DNA from: Thecamonas trahens ATCC 50062
Lineage: Eukaryota; Protista; Apusomonadida
DNA length: 64,000 bases
Assembly (NCBI RefSeq): GCF_000142905.1
Contig: NW_013657640.1
Location: 274,343-338,342 of the forward strand
Direction of reading: 5' to 3'
Part shown: one piece after another, positions 63,941 to 64,000 of the stretch
How the letters are laid out: each line of letters begins with the position of its first letter
Numbering within the stretch: position 1 is the first letter of the stretch
The notes under the pieces: generated by a model
Told to the model about the DNA's origin: nothing
Database searches by the model: none
What the model saw: only the letters and a program-made list of their open reading frames with translations
Made by a program: the position numbers and the translations under genes

Positions 63941-64000
63941 TAGGTAGGTAGGTAGGTAGGTAGGTAGGTAGGTAGGTAGGTAGGTAGGTAGGTAGGTAGG
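63941..64000 (+). repeat. (TAGG)15 terminal repeat
   Basis: Directly follows the TTAGGG array. Confidence 0.85.

Noticed and set aside
1-64000. tRNA/rRNA genes and transposons
   Set aside because: I recognised no cloverleaf, rRNA, transposase or reverse-transcriptase signatures by eye; tRNAscan-SE and Infernal were not run.

Overview
GC-rich, very gene-dense eukaryotic chromosome end with few introns. It looks like a free-living protist of the Amorphea; an apusomonad such as Thecamonas is my inference from gene content and sequence style, not something the sequence proves. The window holds about 25 protein-coding genes. Housekeeping genes include RPN9/PSMD13, PPC decarboxylase, seryl-tRNA synthetase, LST8, SSRP1/Pob3, myosin II heavy chain and endonuclease G. 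Also present are an Akt/SGK-like PH-kinase, a TKL kinase, an intron-containing histone H3 variant, FAM149-like, Nur1-like and MUN-domain genes, and three large modular Cys-rich multi-TM surface receptors. A 100-N gap lies at 15364-15463 and a (TTAGGG)n telomere is at the right end. Six reading-frame breaks in five genes all fall in short homopolymers and look like sequencing indels. The most striking locus is a head-to-head pair of homeobox genes (25767-27490), one MEIS/KNOX-like and one PBX-like. They are 125 bp apart and both begin with the same 14 nt (protein start MPRSLR), an arrangement reminiscent of heterodimeric mating-type or zygote homeoprotein loci. A degenerate CDP-alcohol phosphotransferase fused to a cytidylyltransferase, missed by the ORF track, runs off the left edge.
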